64,000 nt of DNA, taken from Lytechinus pictus (taxonomy: Eukaryota). The stretch is from contig NC_087245.1 in the NCBI RefSeq assembly GCF_037042905.1, forward strand, positions 30,444,001-30,508,000, written 5' to 3'. Within the stretch, counting starts at the first letter, position 1, and the number at the start of each line of letters is the position of its first letter. The notes under the pieces are model-generated. The model worked only from the letters and a program-made list of their open reading frames with translations, was not told the DNA's origin and ran no database searches. A program made the position numbers and the translations under genes. Below, in pieces: positions 36,901-48,493 of this stretch.

Positions 36901-39900
36901 AATATGAATAATGAATGTAATTATGTAACAGCAAAGTACCTTTACTATTACTAACATTCTTAAGAAAAACATGTAGATATTATTGGCAGGTATTATTAAT
37001 TTAATAGCTATAGCCGACATGATAATTTTATATAGAATACAATACAATTCTTAGTACCACTACGGCACACTGAGAAGACCAAATCTCATTTTTTTGTGAG
37101 AAGAAAACAAAATGTACCAGATCTATATAAATCCAAGATGAACATATCATGAAATGTATTTTATGATAAAGAATGTGTACTAGTATTAATGTCAGTTTTA
37201 AGATTTAAAAAAATAATATAAAGAGTATTTTAAAATTTAATAGCAGTACCTGGAAACCAGCCTTTCATTATCGATTATGTATGAGTTGAAAGGTAATCGG
37301 AATGTTTGTAAATCGCTTCTGAGATTTTTTTTCATTAAAAATAAATATCATCCTTTCATCAAATCTTGGATGTTCTAAATCTTGCAATCTTGCTTGCTGA
37401 CAAATGTGGCTGTATCTAATTTTGTTGCATTGTCCGTGCTGCTTGTGTACAAATGAAGATACATCATTCAAATTGTGATTATGGCTAACCAAAATACTAT
37501 GATGACATAATTTATTGATTGCGCCACATTCCTTCCACAGCCCCTTTGCTTTGTGATATTGCAAAGAAGTGTCACTGTAGATTCATGGATTCATAGAGCT
37601 ACATCATGTAAACAAAGATACATGTATCTGAATACAAACTTGTTTTTAAATTGTGAGCCCGTGCCATCACTGAAGAAGTTGAGGTTGGTGAAAGTCTGAT
37701 ACTTTGAAGCAATACATGATCTCATGAATTCACAAGTTGGAATTTCATCATGCTCCAAACTGTCAGTGCAAACACCTAAGATAATCAGTGGTATTGTTAA
37801 AAAGCAAATGATGCAGATTGTGATCTGAGTATGTTAACAGATCTAGCTGCATCTTATCCTAATATTATGTGGCATACCGTTAATTCTCAGAAAAATATAC
37901 CAGAACAAGAGCTGAACTTTCATCATTCACCAACTTCTAAAAATAGCTTGAATGACATGCAGATTCTAGGAGTTATTACATCCAACTATCCTCAAGCAAT
38001 TGCGACTGACCTCAGTCTGTGACACTGAGCCTAATATTTTGTTTTTGTGAATGCTGCCTTTGTCATATATAAGGCGTCATGTCCGTTACGCCATTTTTAT
38101 GAAAATGAGAAGTGGTCAGGGAAAATGATTGCTACACATGGTAGGGGGTTTGATTCTAACAGAATCTGAATCTGCAGTACCTTCAGCCAAATTTCCTGTA
38201 AGATGTGAAACTTTAAGTGAAAAACGTAACTGACATGACACTGATAATGATAAAGAAATCACACAAATCTGAAGATCGATTTCTTTAAAATTGATGAATG
38301 GCATGAAATTTAACGATGATTTTCTGTTGATGTAAACATTAATCAACTATTCAAAAGTTAAAAGAGACCTCTGGGACCTTATTTTAGTAGAGACAGGAAA
38401 GATGAATTAGTTAAAAAATAGCCACATTTTTTAGATTTTGCAATTTACTATTCTATTTTTTGATGATGGAATCAACTACAAAATTTTATCAATATTGCGA
38501 TTTTTCTATTGGAAATTGAAATTTTAAAGATTACTTTTTAAGAAAATTTGACTGCTTAAGTGAAATCTGAAACTTCATTTTTTTCTCTAAAGTGAACATT
38601 TTCCATGGAATTGCCCAAATGTAACAAATTTAGAGTAAATGTCTGTATTAATGCTGTATATACCTTGATTTTTTTTTTAAGTCCTCAGTTGTCAGTGTAT
38701 GGAAATGCACACACTAAGAATTTTTTTTTTAGAATGCACCCTAAGTACACTGTATATAAATTCAGGTTATTTTAAAAAGTGTAATTCATCTTAATTTGTT
38801 GTACAGGTATGAAGCTGCAAAAGAGCACTATGAGGATCTATTAAAGGAAGACCCATCAAATGCTGTAAGTATTCAAACTTTTATTTTCCAATATGGAAAA
38901 TCCTGTTCAAGCATTGAAATTTGGTTGTAAAAGCACTGCTCAAAATAGAGCTCTGAAATAGTTAAGTGCCTGTCTTTAATACCATGGTATATGTTTCACA
39001 TCATGATGAAGCTGGTGTTTTCCGGTCAGAAATCTCTAATAAACCTCATGAAAGAACTTGTTTAAAATGTAAAAGAAGAATAGTGTATTAGCCATATATT
39101 TTGTGTCTATATATTTTTGTGATTTTGCTTCAAGAGTAAATTTTTGCAAACTTATAATATATTTTATCTATATACATGTACTTATAATATTTGTAATTTA
39201 TCTATATAGAAATATCAGGAAGTGAAAAATGCTGTGTTCAATATAAAAAGTCACAAAAGTCGCGAATTTAAAATCGCTGGGAAATATTCAGCATACAGTT
39301 GGTGAGCAATTGATTTAACATGTTGGTGAATTCTGTTCTGATTTAGCAAAGTGATCAATAACTGACATGATGAAGATAATTGACTAGGATTAGGAAGCTT
39401 GCTTTCCTGATTTCATCGCCCATCTATAATTGCAGTTTGTCATATGATTTCTGTTCAGTTCCTCTAAGTAATTACGTGGAGCACCACCTCGATCCTCTTC
39501 TCCATTTTGGCCACGTTCCTATCTTATAATGCATTATCATGAGCAGTGCGAGTTTGGTCTTGTGATATGGACCCGCTTGAATGAAAGCACACTAACTCAC
39601 AACACAATACATACCACAATAATTGTTACCAAGTAGCAACACTAGCACATTTCTCTCCAAAATCATTTTAGTTTTCTCTATACAAACAAGATCATAGGCT
39701 AATTGATTCTTTGTATTACTAACTCTTGTCACAACAGGTACATTTCAAGACTAGCTATTTAGTCAATGAGAGTGCGCACTTGTGTGATCAGTTGGCTCCC
39801 TTTTTGATAACCAGAAAATGTTATGTTTATAGAGAACTCTAATTGGTAGCTTGCTTGGGAATATTGTTTTTTATCATTTTTATTTTGTGAACAGATGGTG

Positions 39901-42900
39901 AGGAAGAGGTTGATTGCACTCTTAAAAGGACAGAATCGTATAGGTGAAGCTATCAAGGAATTAAATTCATATCTACAAAAGTAAGTAGAATTTTTAATCA
40001 AATTGTAGATTTGTTAGATAATCAAATTGTGGGAAGGCGGTACTGCCTCAGTGAGAAACATTGTACATGTAGTTTAGTGCTGTAGCCGAACTGCCGAACC
40101 GAACGGAAGTTCGCCGAACTTGGCACTTCCGAACCGGACCGAACCGAACCGAACACAAAAGCTTGGTTCGGTGGTTCGGTAAAAAAAAAGGAGAAATTTA
40201 TTTTACTAAAAGATATGAATAAAAGCGGGGACTACATATATTTAAATATAAAATGAAAAAAAATATTGGTTAGTGATTGTGCACAATAAGAATTCCACAC
40301 AAAATATTTTTTAAATCCACTATTTAAGCTCCCATCTTGTCTTTGATTGAATTGTTATCAACTTAAGAATATTTTATTAACATGAATATATTTTTTCTTC
40401 ATTAAATGAGGGGACATTTGAAGCTAAACTCGGTATAAAAGTGTGGTTGAATTACGTATTGCCGTAATCGATCGTGATCGTAATCGGACCTAATTGTTTT
40501 CTATTTAATTAAGAAAAAGGACAAGACATAAATTCATTCCTCGTAAATGACAAAGTATGACAGCTTCGGTCTCGTCTTCGATTGAATTTTTATCAGTCTC
40601 AATTTTTTTATTACCGTGAATTTATTTTTTTCCTCATAAAATGTGGGGACATTTTAAACTAAACTCGGTTAAGAAGTGTAGTTGAATTACGTATAACTGT
40701 AATCGATCATGATTGTGATCGGGCGTACATGTAATTGTTTTGTATTTAATAGAGAAAAACTGACATAAATTCATTCCTTGTGACTGACAAAGTAATGGTA
40801 AAGTATGTATATTTCACCTTCTGAAATGTACATATCAATATTAAAGATAAATAAATAAGAGATGAAGGAATGAGGTTAGAAAAAACAGAAAAGATAACAA
40901 TTCAAAGCAAGTCAACGCATGTTCCCTGATCGTGAACCGGAAATGGTTGATAAGGAAAGTTGAAACAGGAAGTCCAAACAACCTGCTCTCAGTTGCTGTT
41001 ATGCTGGTAAAATTCATATTCCGAATTTGAAATGTTTTTCCATTGTCAATATTTTATAAAAAGTGGTTTAATCTGGTCATTTACTGAAAATGAAATGATA
41101 AATTTTCAGTTCCGTCTTGGTTCTGACGATCAACGCCGAGTGATTTCATAACACTAAAATACACAGTACAGTCCCATGTACTCATTTTCGTGTTGGAACT
41201 ATGTTTGAAATCACTCTAGTGTCGACCTTTCGGGACCAAGAATGGACTGATATTTTATCTTTTTAAAGTAATTGATTGACCAGATTTAACCAGTTTTCAG
41301 AAAATAGGGACTTTCTAAAAGATTTCATATTCTTTGGAATGTGAATTTTACCAGTATAATAACAGTTGAGTGGAGGTTGTTTGTCTACTGTTCCGACATT
41401 CCCGATCAACACTTTCCAATCGGAGAAGCTGCGTTTGCAATGGCATTGTAATCGATCATGATCATATCTACATGGAATAATCAATGAACAAAAAAATATT
41501 CTGTTCTTTGTAATTCTGTTTCTGTCCTCATTCTCTCGTTATCAATATTATTTTCTTTGTTTTTCTTATTCAATTTAAAAATGAAAGTAGAAATGACTCT
41601 TATTTTTGGTTTCAAGATCGAAATAAATAAAAGAAAGTTATGCAGCAATTTTTATAACCATTCTTTTTAGAAACAAAATTTATTATAAATATACGGCAGG
41701 ATTTAAATGTTAATTTGTTCGAAGGTTGGCAATCCCTAGTTTTAAATGATAATAATTTATAGTGCATTTATTGCCGAACCCCGAACCGAACCAAAGTTCG
41801 GAAAAAATTTGCCGAACCCTGCCGAACCGAACAGAACCCGAACATGCCGCCTGACTTGCAGCACTAATTTAGTTGTACCCCATCATGCAAGTTTTGAATA
41901 CATCTTCAACATATTGCAGATTATTATATTTTTTGTATTTGCAATTTGTGATATTAAACTGATATATTGTAGTGTTTATTAATTGATAACTTCTACTTCT
42001 TAATTTCATTTTAGCATAGAGTCAGTGTGTCAGATAATGTGCAGAGAAAAGCAATTTATTCTGAAAGGCATAAATTTAGCTGTCATATGCTAGACATTGG
42101 AACAATTTTCATTAATGTTTGTCATCTTCACACATTACTTCTCGATTATATTTTATATTTATGTCAAAATTTTTGTATTGTTTGTGATAACGGTTTGAGA
42201 GCAAATTGATTCATTGACAAGATTCAATCCATCATTTCTTCAATATTTTTTAATCTGATTTTGCAGGTTTATGAGTGACCATGAAGCATGGATGGAGTTA
42301 GCAGATATGTACATATCAGAACAAAAGTAAGCATATGCAGTACTTTCCTCCTTAGTGTTTGACAAATTTAAATAAATTTATGCACTTTATGTACATGTAA
42401 CTCGACTTCAAGAGATCCATGAATGTACCAGTTGTTCAGATTGCTAGAAAGTTCTTTCTCAAAAATACCTGGTAATTGAATAAAAGTTGCCCAGTATTAA
42501 ATGAGTACTACTTGTATTCAAACTTGTTTCTTGCTTTTAAAATAACCATCTTTATTAATTGAAAATAGGTTTACTTCAAAGAGTCAAAAACATTCAGTAC
42601 ATTTTCAAGGATTTGATACATTTGTAATGTTTCTTGTGTAAATATGACTTCTAACTGATGCTATATACTCTCTTACAGAGGTGCATCTTGCTAACTTTGA
42701 TTCTTGAATAATTGTGCAATTCTGCTCTTATTTTCCATTTCTTTATCTCTTTTTTGTAAACAGTTACAGTAAAGCAAGTTTTTGTTTTGAAGAGCTCATC
42801 ATATCCAATCCACACAATCATTTATACCATCAGAAATATGCAGAGGTGAGTGCCTTAATTTGTTATGAAGATATTATAGAGTCAAATATACTATTGCCGA

Positions 42901-45900
42901 GTGTTACTATGGTAAATTAGAGCTGCTGATTCGTATTTTATCCTATTCAGGTCAGATTTAAAAAAGGAAAAGTAACACTAAATAGGATTTTTAAATTAGA
43001 TATAGGAATGTTGATACTTGTAAGAATAATGGGATGATTTTTGCTATGTCTTTCAAAATTTTAAGAAAAAAAATAGATTAAAAAGAATAAAGAACAGGAT
43101 TTCTTTTTTACAATTAAGGTTGGCAGCTCTAGTGAGTTAATAAAATCAAACCATTCTGTATTTGATTGTGAAAATATCATTGAAACATGAATGGCAAGCT
43201 GAAATATTCTGGAATACCAAAATGATTCTCATCCTGATACCATGGAATAAAATGATCATATAAGCTGAAGTATAAAAACAGTAACCCATAAGCTTTATAT
43301 ACATCTATAAAAAAAATAAGGGGGGGGGAAGAATTTTTGAATGATGAATCTCAGCCATTATTTGAAAATGATTAAATTCTTTATCTTTTGTTAGATTATA
43401 GAAAAAGAATTGATTTTGTTGAAAAAAACAAATTTGAAAGTTTCAAGTTGTAATTACCATGGAAAGTTTAACAAGTGCAAATGTTTCTTGATTACATACG
43501 CTTTCAAAGTCACAATATTCCCTCTGATAAAAATAATAATTATTGTTGTGGTTGTAAATAATCCATGATATTCTCTTTCATCTACATTTTTTATTCATTC
43601 TAGATTCAGTATACACAAGGTGGAACCGAATGTATGGAGATTGCTAGGAAGTACTTTGCCCATGCTGTCAAATTGAATGGAAACAACATGAGAGCACTAT
43701 ATGGCATGTTTATGGTAAGCCAAAGTTTCTATGGATATTAAGACTCGGAAAATAATCAAAGGAATTGAGTATCTTTGTAGAGGTTTGCCAATATTTGAGC
43801 TATGTGGCACTACATGATGTCAGTGCTTGTAATAATATTTAAAGTAGACCCAGAAAATGTTGTTTATAAGCATCATTTCATGTTTCCCAATAAGTAAAAC
43901 TAGTGGGGTTTTTTTTCTCCTCCGTAGACTAAAGTGTTAACTTCTTAAGTGTACCTAGGGATGTTTGTCACTATTGTCATCATTATTGGCCGATTAACTT
44001 CAAAATCTCAGATGTTTCCTGACCTGAAGATTTGCAATTATGATTATGTCATTATCTGCAAGAGAAGAAATATTTATGAATCCTGAATGGATCGGAGGAA
44101 AAACAAGTGGAACGCCTCTGGCAGTCTCGTCTGCATTGCGCAATTCAATATAGCAACAGTGCTTCCTTTGAAAACCGCTAATGAATAATTATTCACAGAA
44201 GAAAACACTAATATGATAATAAAATATGTCCATTGACCCAAAATGACCTTTGACCATGATCATGTGACCTAAGACATGTGCAAAACAATCATTCATACTT
44301 GATTACCCTTCTGTCGATGTTTCATGAGCTAGATCCATAAACTTCTTATTATGATGCCAATTCAACACATACTCCCAACATGGCCAGAGTTCATTGACCT
44401 TTAAATGACCTTTGATCTTGGCCATGTTCCGAAACGCACACAGTGTATTCAGGGATGCATTGCTGCTCTTATGTCCACGTTTCATGAACTAGATCCATAG
44501 ACTTAAAGTTAACCCTAATTCCCTCGACAATTTTCGCGATATATCTGCTGCGCAAAATTTTTTGACCTCGCCGCTCACTGACTTTTTACTTTCATGTCTC
44601 AGCAAATTTTGATACCAAATTTGTGACGCCCTGGTACGAGGTTACTACATTACACAACATCATGTAACTGCATGACAGACCCAAAATTGCTCATAAACGT
44701 GATTTCATGTACAAATCCAAGCAAATTGTGTATTTAGCCAAAATTCATAAATGTATCATTATTTCTACTTTTACTGATTAAACTTAATTGATTTTGCCTT
44801 GTTTATGATCAGAATTAAGTCTGGAATGATTTCCATCGAAAAAACAATAAAAAAACAAAGAGTAAAATAACAAAGAAATACATAAGAAATTAAAAAAACA
44901 ATAAAATACATAAGAAATTAAAAAAAAAAAAAATACATAAGAAATCGGTCTTGGTACCAGAATTTTTTTCATTCACAATTGTTAGGAATGCTATAAAGAA
45001 TATTTTCACCAAAAAATAGCATTCTAGGAGCTTTATTTAGTGAATCATAGCAAAAAGTATGATTTCATGAATAAATTAGCATAATTAATTCATATAAAAT
45101 AAAAATATATGAATTCAGTGAAATTTACCAATGCAACTGCGTAGATTACGTCATTCTCTACCATCATGCAAATTTTCGTTGTGATCGCGCAATCCGCGGC
45201 TGAGATCTTAAGGGGGGGCAATAATGCCCCCCCCCCCCCCGGGAATGACAAGAATCAAAATACCCCGGGAGATTTAGGGTTAAGATGACAATTCCACAAA
45301 TACCCCCAACATTACCAAAGTTTGTTGACCCTAGATGACCTTTTACCTTGGTCATGTGACCTGACACTAGCACAGGATATTCAAGGATACTTGATTGCTC
45401 ATATGTCCAAGTTTCATGAACTAGATCCATAAAATTTCAAAGTTATGATGACAATTCCTCCTATACCCCCAATAATATGGCAAAAGTTCTTGACCCCAAG
45501 TGACCTTTGACCTTGGTCATGTGATCTGAAACTCACACATGATATTCAGGGATACATGGTTGCTCTTATGTACAAGTTTCATGAACTAGATCCATAAACT
45601 TTTAAAGTTATGATGATAATTCCTCAAATAACCCCAACATGGCCAAAGTTTGATGACCCCAAGTGACCTTTGACCTTAATCATGTGACCTGAAACTCAAG
45701 CAGGATCTTTAGTGATATACTATTACCCTTATGTTTAAGTTTTATGAACTAGGTCCATATACTTTCAAAGTCATGACAACATTTCAAAAACTTAACCTTG
45801 GTTAAAATTTCGATATTGATTCCCCCAACAAGGTCTAAATTCATTGACTCTAAATGACCTTTGACCTTGGTCATGTGAACTGACACTCAGGCAGGATGTT

Positions 45901-47453
45901 GAGTAATACTTTATTACCCTTATGTCTAAGTTTCATGAACTAGGCCCATACACTTTCTAAGTTATGATGACAATTCCAAAACTTAATCTTGGTTAAGATT
46001 TCAATGTTGACGCCTCTGTCGGAAAAGCGGCGCCTATAGTCTCGCTCTGCTATGCAGGCGAGACAAAAATGTTTAGGAAATGTTTACCGGTATTACAGCA
46101 TCATGTACAGTTGTTTTTCTTTTACAGTTGTTCATTACAGGGCATGAGTGCCAGTTAAACAGATACCTAATGTGAATTTCAAAATTTCAAAGTTAATTCG
46201 TCTCCAGAAAACCACTTCTTTTTAATAGAAAATTATAGGGTTCAAACCCTTCCATGTATTGAAATTTCTGTAAATCGAAATTTAGTGTTAAATACAGTTC
46301 TTTCTGGAATGGCACCCTCTTCATCCGATAAATCCAATCCTACCATTTCACTTGCTATTTTTTCTTATTGCAGGCTGCTACCAATATTGCTTCATCACCA
46401 AAGGCCTCAGGAAAAGTTAAAAAAGACAACATGAAATATGCAGCTTGGGCAGCCCAGCAGATTGCTTACAAATATAAGGTAAAAAACATTTTAATTTGGA
46501 AACGTGCTGTACGCTAAAATTGACAAATTCTATATCAGAAAGAGGTACATGGACTGGCCAGTGGTGAATCCAATATTTTCCAGGGGGGGGGGGGGACAAT
46601 TTTGCACACAAAAAAAAATTGACAATAAAAAAAATACAAAATAGAGATCATTCTGTTCCAGACAAAAATTGAAAAGAAAGAAGGACAAAAGGGCCTTCAC
46701 TTGTGTATGCATGACATATGCCCCTTTTGTGTCTCTCAAAAAGGGGGGGGGGCACAGGCCGGATTAGCCCTTCCCTGGATCCGCCAGTGGGACTGGCAAG
46801 CAGGTGACTCCATTGCAGACAAGCTTTGTTCCCAACACCTTTGAAGAAATATTGAAACTTTTTTTTTTTTTCAACAAGGGATAATGTTAGCAATCTGTAC
46901 TATGTTTGAATGTTTAGATTTAGACCTTGGGGTGTTTCACAAAGATTTAAGTGTGACTAAAAGTCGCACTAAAATTCATAGTTGCGACTGGTATGAAATG
47001 GTTACAGCCATCTTCAAAATTCAAAATTGGATTCAAAGTAAAATGGAAATGGGATTATGAAATTTTTTGTGAGAGTGGCATGCACAAGCCTAGGATATTT
47101 GAATATGTATAAGAGGATGATTTCTTGATATTTTTGTTTCTAGTTTTCAGTGAAACAAATGTACAATCTTTATACCACATTCTAAAGTTTTCCTATAAAA
47201 AGTGACGGTTGGTAAATACTGTTTAATATTCTTTTCAAGTTTATTAGTAGTTATTACTTCTATTAATCTATATTTTCCCATCCATGTTATGTCTGGCCAT
47301 CTATGATGTATCTGCCTCTGCATACTTGTACCTGTCACTTATTATTCTTATGCCACTTCTTCGTTCCAGGTTGCACAAGGTAAGGACACCGGGAGTAATA
47401 TGCAACATTTGGAAAAGATGCTGGACTGTTTACAGATAACACCTGCACCATAA
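12954..47453 (+). CDS. EMC2: ER membrane protein complex subunit 2 (TTC35), complete spliced CDS, 291 aa: join(12954-12978,31474-31587,32067-32217,38807-38864,39895-39980,42267-42326,42764-42845,43604-43714,46374-46478,47370-47453)
   Basis: Spliced protein [25 protein letters not shown]...[21 protein letters not shown]...[16 protein letters not shown]...[12 protein letters not shown]...[22 protein letters not shown]...[21 protein letters not shown]...[11 protein letters not shown]...[13 protein letters not shown] tracks EMC2 along its length. 876 nt, all GT-AG, phases consistent. Confidence 0.96.
13458..14067 (+). repeat. 125-bp tandem array, left part (~4.8 units)
   Basis: Units start at 13458, 13583, 13714, 13839, 13964. 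Confidence 0.95.
16355..19700 (-). repeat. Repeat family built on a recurrent GCTCGCGCTTCGCGCTCGCA motif (several adjoining or nested copies)
   Basis: Motif recurs every ~100-150 bp; 18370-19700 is the reverse complement of ~33900-35170. Confidence 0.8.
17462..17834. mobile_element. Foldback-type MITE with GTCTA/TAGAC sub-repeats
   Basis: Ends TGCCAACTCGTCTAC / GTAGACGAATTGGCA; mirrored internal repeats. Confidence 0.72.
20737..21068 (+). repeat. 125-bp tandem array, right part (~2.6 units)
   Basis: Resumes in register after element G; units start at 20765, 20894, 21023. Confidence 0.93.
21686..22164. mobile_element. MITE nested in C, termini similar to 11872-12402
   Basis: TAGTATGATGG...CCCCAAGTCTGCG / GCAGACATGGGGG...ACCATACTA. 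Confidence 0.65.
23683..24504. mobile_element. piggyBac-like MITE nested in C
   Basis: TTAA TSD on both sides; 16-bp perfect TIR CTCTTTGCCCGCCACG. Confidence 0.88.
24645..25602 (+). mobile_element. Helentron-associated (HINE/DINE-1/pearl-like) element with ~162-192-bp tandem core repeats
   Basis: T-run, 5' subTIR GTCTCACCTGCAT with local hairpin, tandem core repeats (GTCACATGACCAAGGTCAAAGGTCAT), 3' subTIR ATGCAGGTGAGA, end CCACTTGTT; no long TSD. Confidence 0.75.
25986..27140 (+). repeat. Purine-rich (GAAA/GGAA) low-complexity tract
   Basis: About 800 bp nearly all A/G, interrupted by the 26253-26613 MITE. Confidence 0.9.
26253..26613. mobile_element. MITE with 5-bp TSD inserted in the purine tract
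   Basis: 23-bp perfect TIR CAGTAGAGGCGCACGGCCAATAT; TSD AAGAA. Confidence 0.85.
28251..29135 (+). mobile_element. Partial copy (right half) of the 48494-50216 family
   Basis: Aligns with ~49600-50216 and ends in GGTTGGCAGGTATG. Confidence 0.8.
29171..29324. mobile_element. 154-bp MITE with 6-bp TSD
   Basis: TIR CAGGGGTGTGAG, TSD TAGAAT. Confidence 0.8.
30129..31148. mobile_element. TIR element with 8-bp TSD
   Basis: Ends (G)nTCACTCT.CACAT / ATGTGGAGAGTGACCCCCGGG; TSD ATTTCTAG; repeated ACCCTAAATGGCGT motifs. Confidence 0.82.
31474..31587 (+). CDS. EMC2: EMC2 coding exon 2
   Basis: [37 protein letters not shown]; 114 nt. Confidence 0.94.
32067..32217 (+). CDS. EMC2: EMC2 coding exon 3
   Basis: [49 protein letters not shown]; 151 nt. 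Confidence 0.94.
32365..32712 (+). repeat. 15-bp minisatellite (GACAATTGCTCCGCC)n, probably a foldback/MULE-type terminal arm
   Basis: About 22 degenerate 15-mers beginning GAGGTGACCCGACAATTGCTCC. Confidence 0.9.
33848..35400 (+). repeat. Copy of the GCGAGCGCGAAGCGCGAGC-motif repeat family, inverted relative to 16355-19700
   Basis: Begins CAGGGGCGGATCCAGCC; colinear reverse-complement match to 18370-19700. Confidence 0.8.
35508..36014 (+). mobile_element. HINE/pearl-like copy 2 (shorter, degenerate)
   Basis: Same subTIRs and core repeat as 24645-25602. Confidence 0.75.
36082..38616. mobile_element. Sola-like non-autonomous element (4-bp TSD)
   Basis: TIR GG(T/G)CAATTCCA, TSD AAAT, recurrent TAACGGACATGAC motif in both orientations. 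Confidence 0.72.
38807..38864 (+). CDS. EMC2: EMC2 coding exon 4
   Basis: [19 protein letters not shown]; 58 nt, GTAAGT donor. Confidence 0.93.
39895..39980 (+). CDS. EMC2: EMC2 coding exon 5
   Basis: [28 protein letters not shown]; 86 nt. Confidence 0.93.
40075..41866. mobile_element. hAT-like non-autonomous element
   Basis: TAGTGCTG...CAGCACTA ends, TSD AT(G/T)TAGTT, dense subterminal CCGAA repeats. Confidence 0.82.
42267..42326 (+). CDS. EMC2: EMC2 coding exon 6
   Basis: [19 protein letters not shown]; 60 nt. Confidence 0.93.
42764..42845 (+). CDS. EMC2: EMC2 coding exon 7
   Basis: [27 protein letters not shown]; 82 nt. Confidence 0.93.
43604..43714 (+). CDS. EMC2: EMC2 coding exon 8
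   Basis: [37 protein letters not shown]; 111 nt. Confidence 0.94.
44102..46069 (-). mobile_element. HINE/pearl-like copy 3 (minus) with nested piggyBac-like MITE
   Basis: Reverse complement of the 24645-25602 architecture, with multiple core repeats. Confidence 0.78.
44513..45279. mobile_element. piggyBac-like MITE
   Basis: TTAA|CCCTAA ... TTAGGG|TTAA, interrupting one core repeat. Confidence 0.75.
46374..46478 (+). CDS. EMC2: EMC2 coding exon 9
   Basis: [35 protein letters not shown]; 105 nt. Confidence 0.93.
47370..47453 (+). CDS. EMC2: EMC2 terminal coding exon 10
   Basis: [27 protein letters not shown]; resembles the EMC2 C-terminus 'EDMLETLQIT'. Confidence 0.88.
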   Translation, partial: VAQGKDTGSNMQHLEKMLDCLQITPAP

Positions 47454-47907
47454 CGAAAATAGTGGGGTGTACCACATAAATTTTTAGGTATAAATCAGAG
47501 ACATTTGATCAAGGTGCTATGTAACGAAGGAAGTGCTCATTTCTTTGAGGAGGATCAGTGTATTGCAAATGGAATCATGAAAGAGTCGGTGAGGGAACGT
47601 GACATCGGGGTTGTACATACATTCGAAAGGCACCGCAATCTACTGGATTCTTCAATAGGCAACGAGGCTGAGGATCTCGAATAGGTCTGGAGAGCATTCC
47701 GTCTACATTTGTGCTCTTACAACTTTCCTTGATTGGCTTAGAACTGAGGAGCACAGGTGTCGTCTGACTGTAACTATGGTAACTGTCGGATAAAAACAGT
47801 CTCGGTGGATAAACATCTTACATGCTTTTTCTGAAACGATCCCTTGATGGGTCTTTAAAGTTAATGCTGGAATATCAGGAAGATAACACCACGTGCATTG
47901 AGGTCTG

Positions 47908-48051
47908 GGGCCCCTAGCACAACGAGTTGTGATCAGACCAACTCCAAAAGTTAAACACAACATGATTTTCAACCACTGAAACACATGTGGATGGGACTTG
48001 TGCTTGACTCTGATTGGTTGCTTTGAAACAACTCTTTCTGCAACGGGGCCC
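47908..48051. mobile_element. Short Harbinger-like MITE, degenerate
   Basis: GGGCCCC ends flanked by CTG. Confidence 0.5.
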
Positions 48052-48493
48052 TGACTCCTATTTTATTGAAGAGTTACAAGAAGAGTTACTTCACCAATTA
48101 TGGCAAGTACCATGAAAATGGGGCTCAGCATCCAATCGCAATCAAGGTTTCCATGAAAGTTGCAATAATGGAAAAGTAACTATAGTTGGTAACTCTTTAT
48201 ATGAGCCATTGAATCACTTCCATTGGATGCGACTCTATCAGTCCCCTGGAAGGTCAATCGTTGTTGATTCTGATCGCTGATCTTTATAAAAAAAAAAAGC
48301 TTTCAGAGTAGAACCTTGACTCGATACCATATTATCACATAAAATAATGTTAGTAAAAAAAAATTTGGAATGAAAGAGCTCAGGTAATTGAGCAAACATC
48401 CTTTCCTCATATCGATTGGAAAGAAAGGAAGGCAAGATAAATAACTGGCTCAAAAACTCTATAAAAAATAGGTCGGTAACAGAATTACACTGC

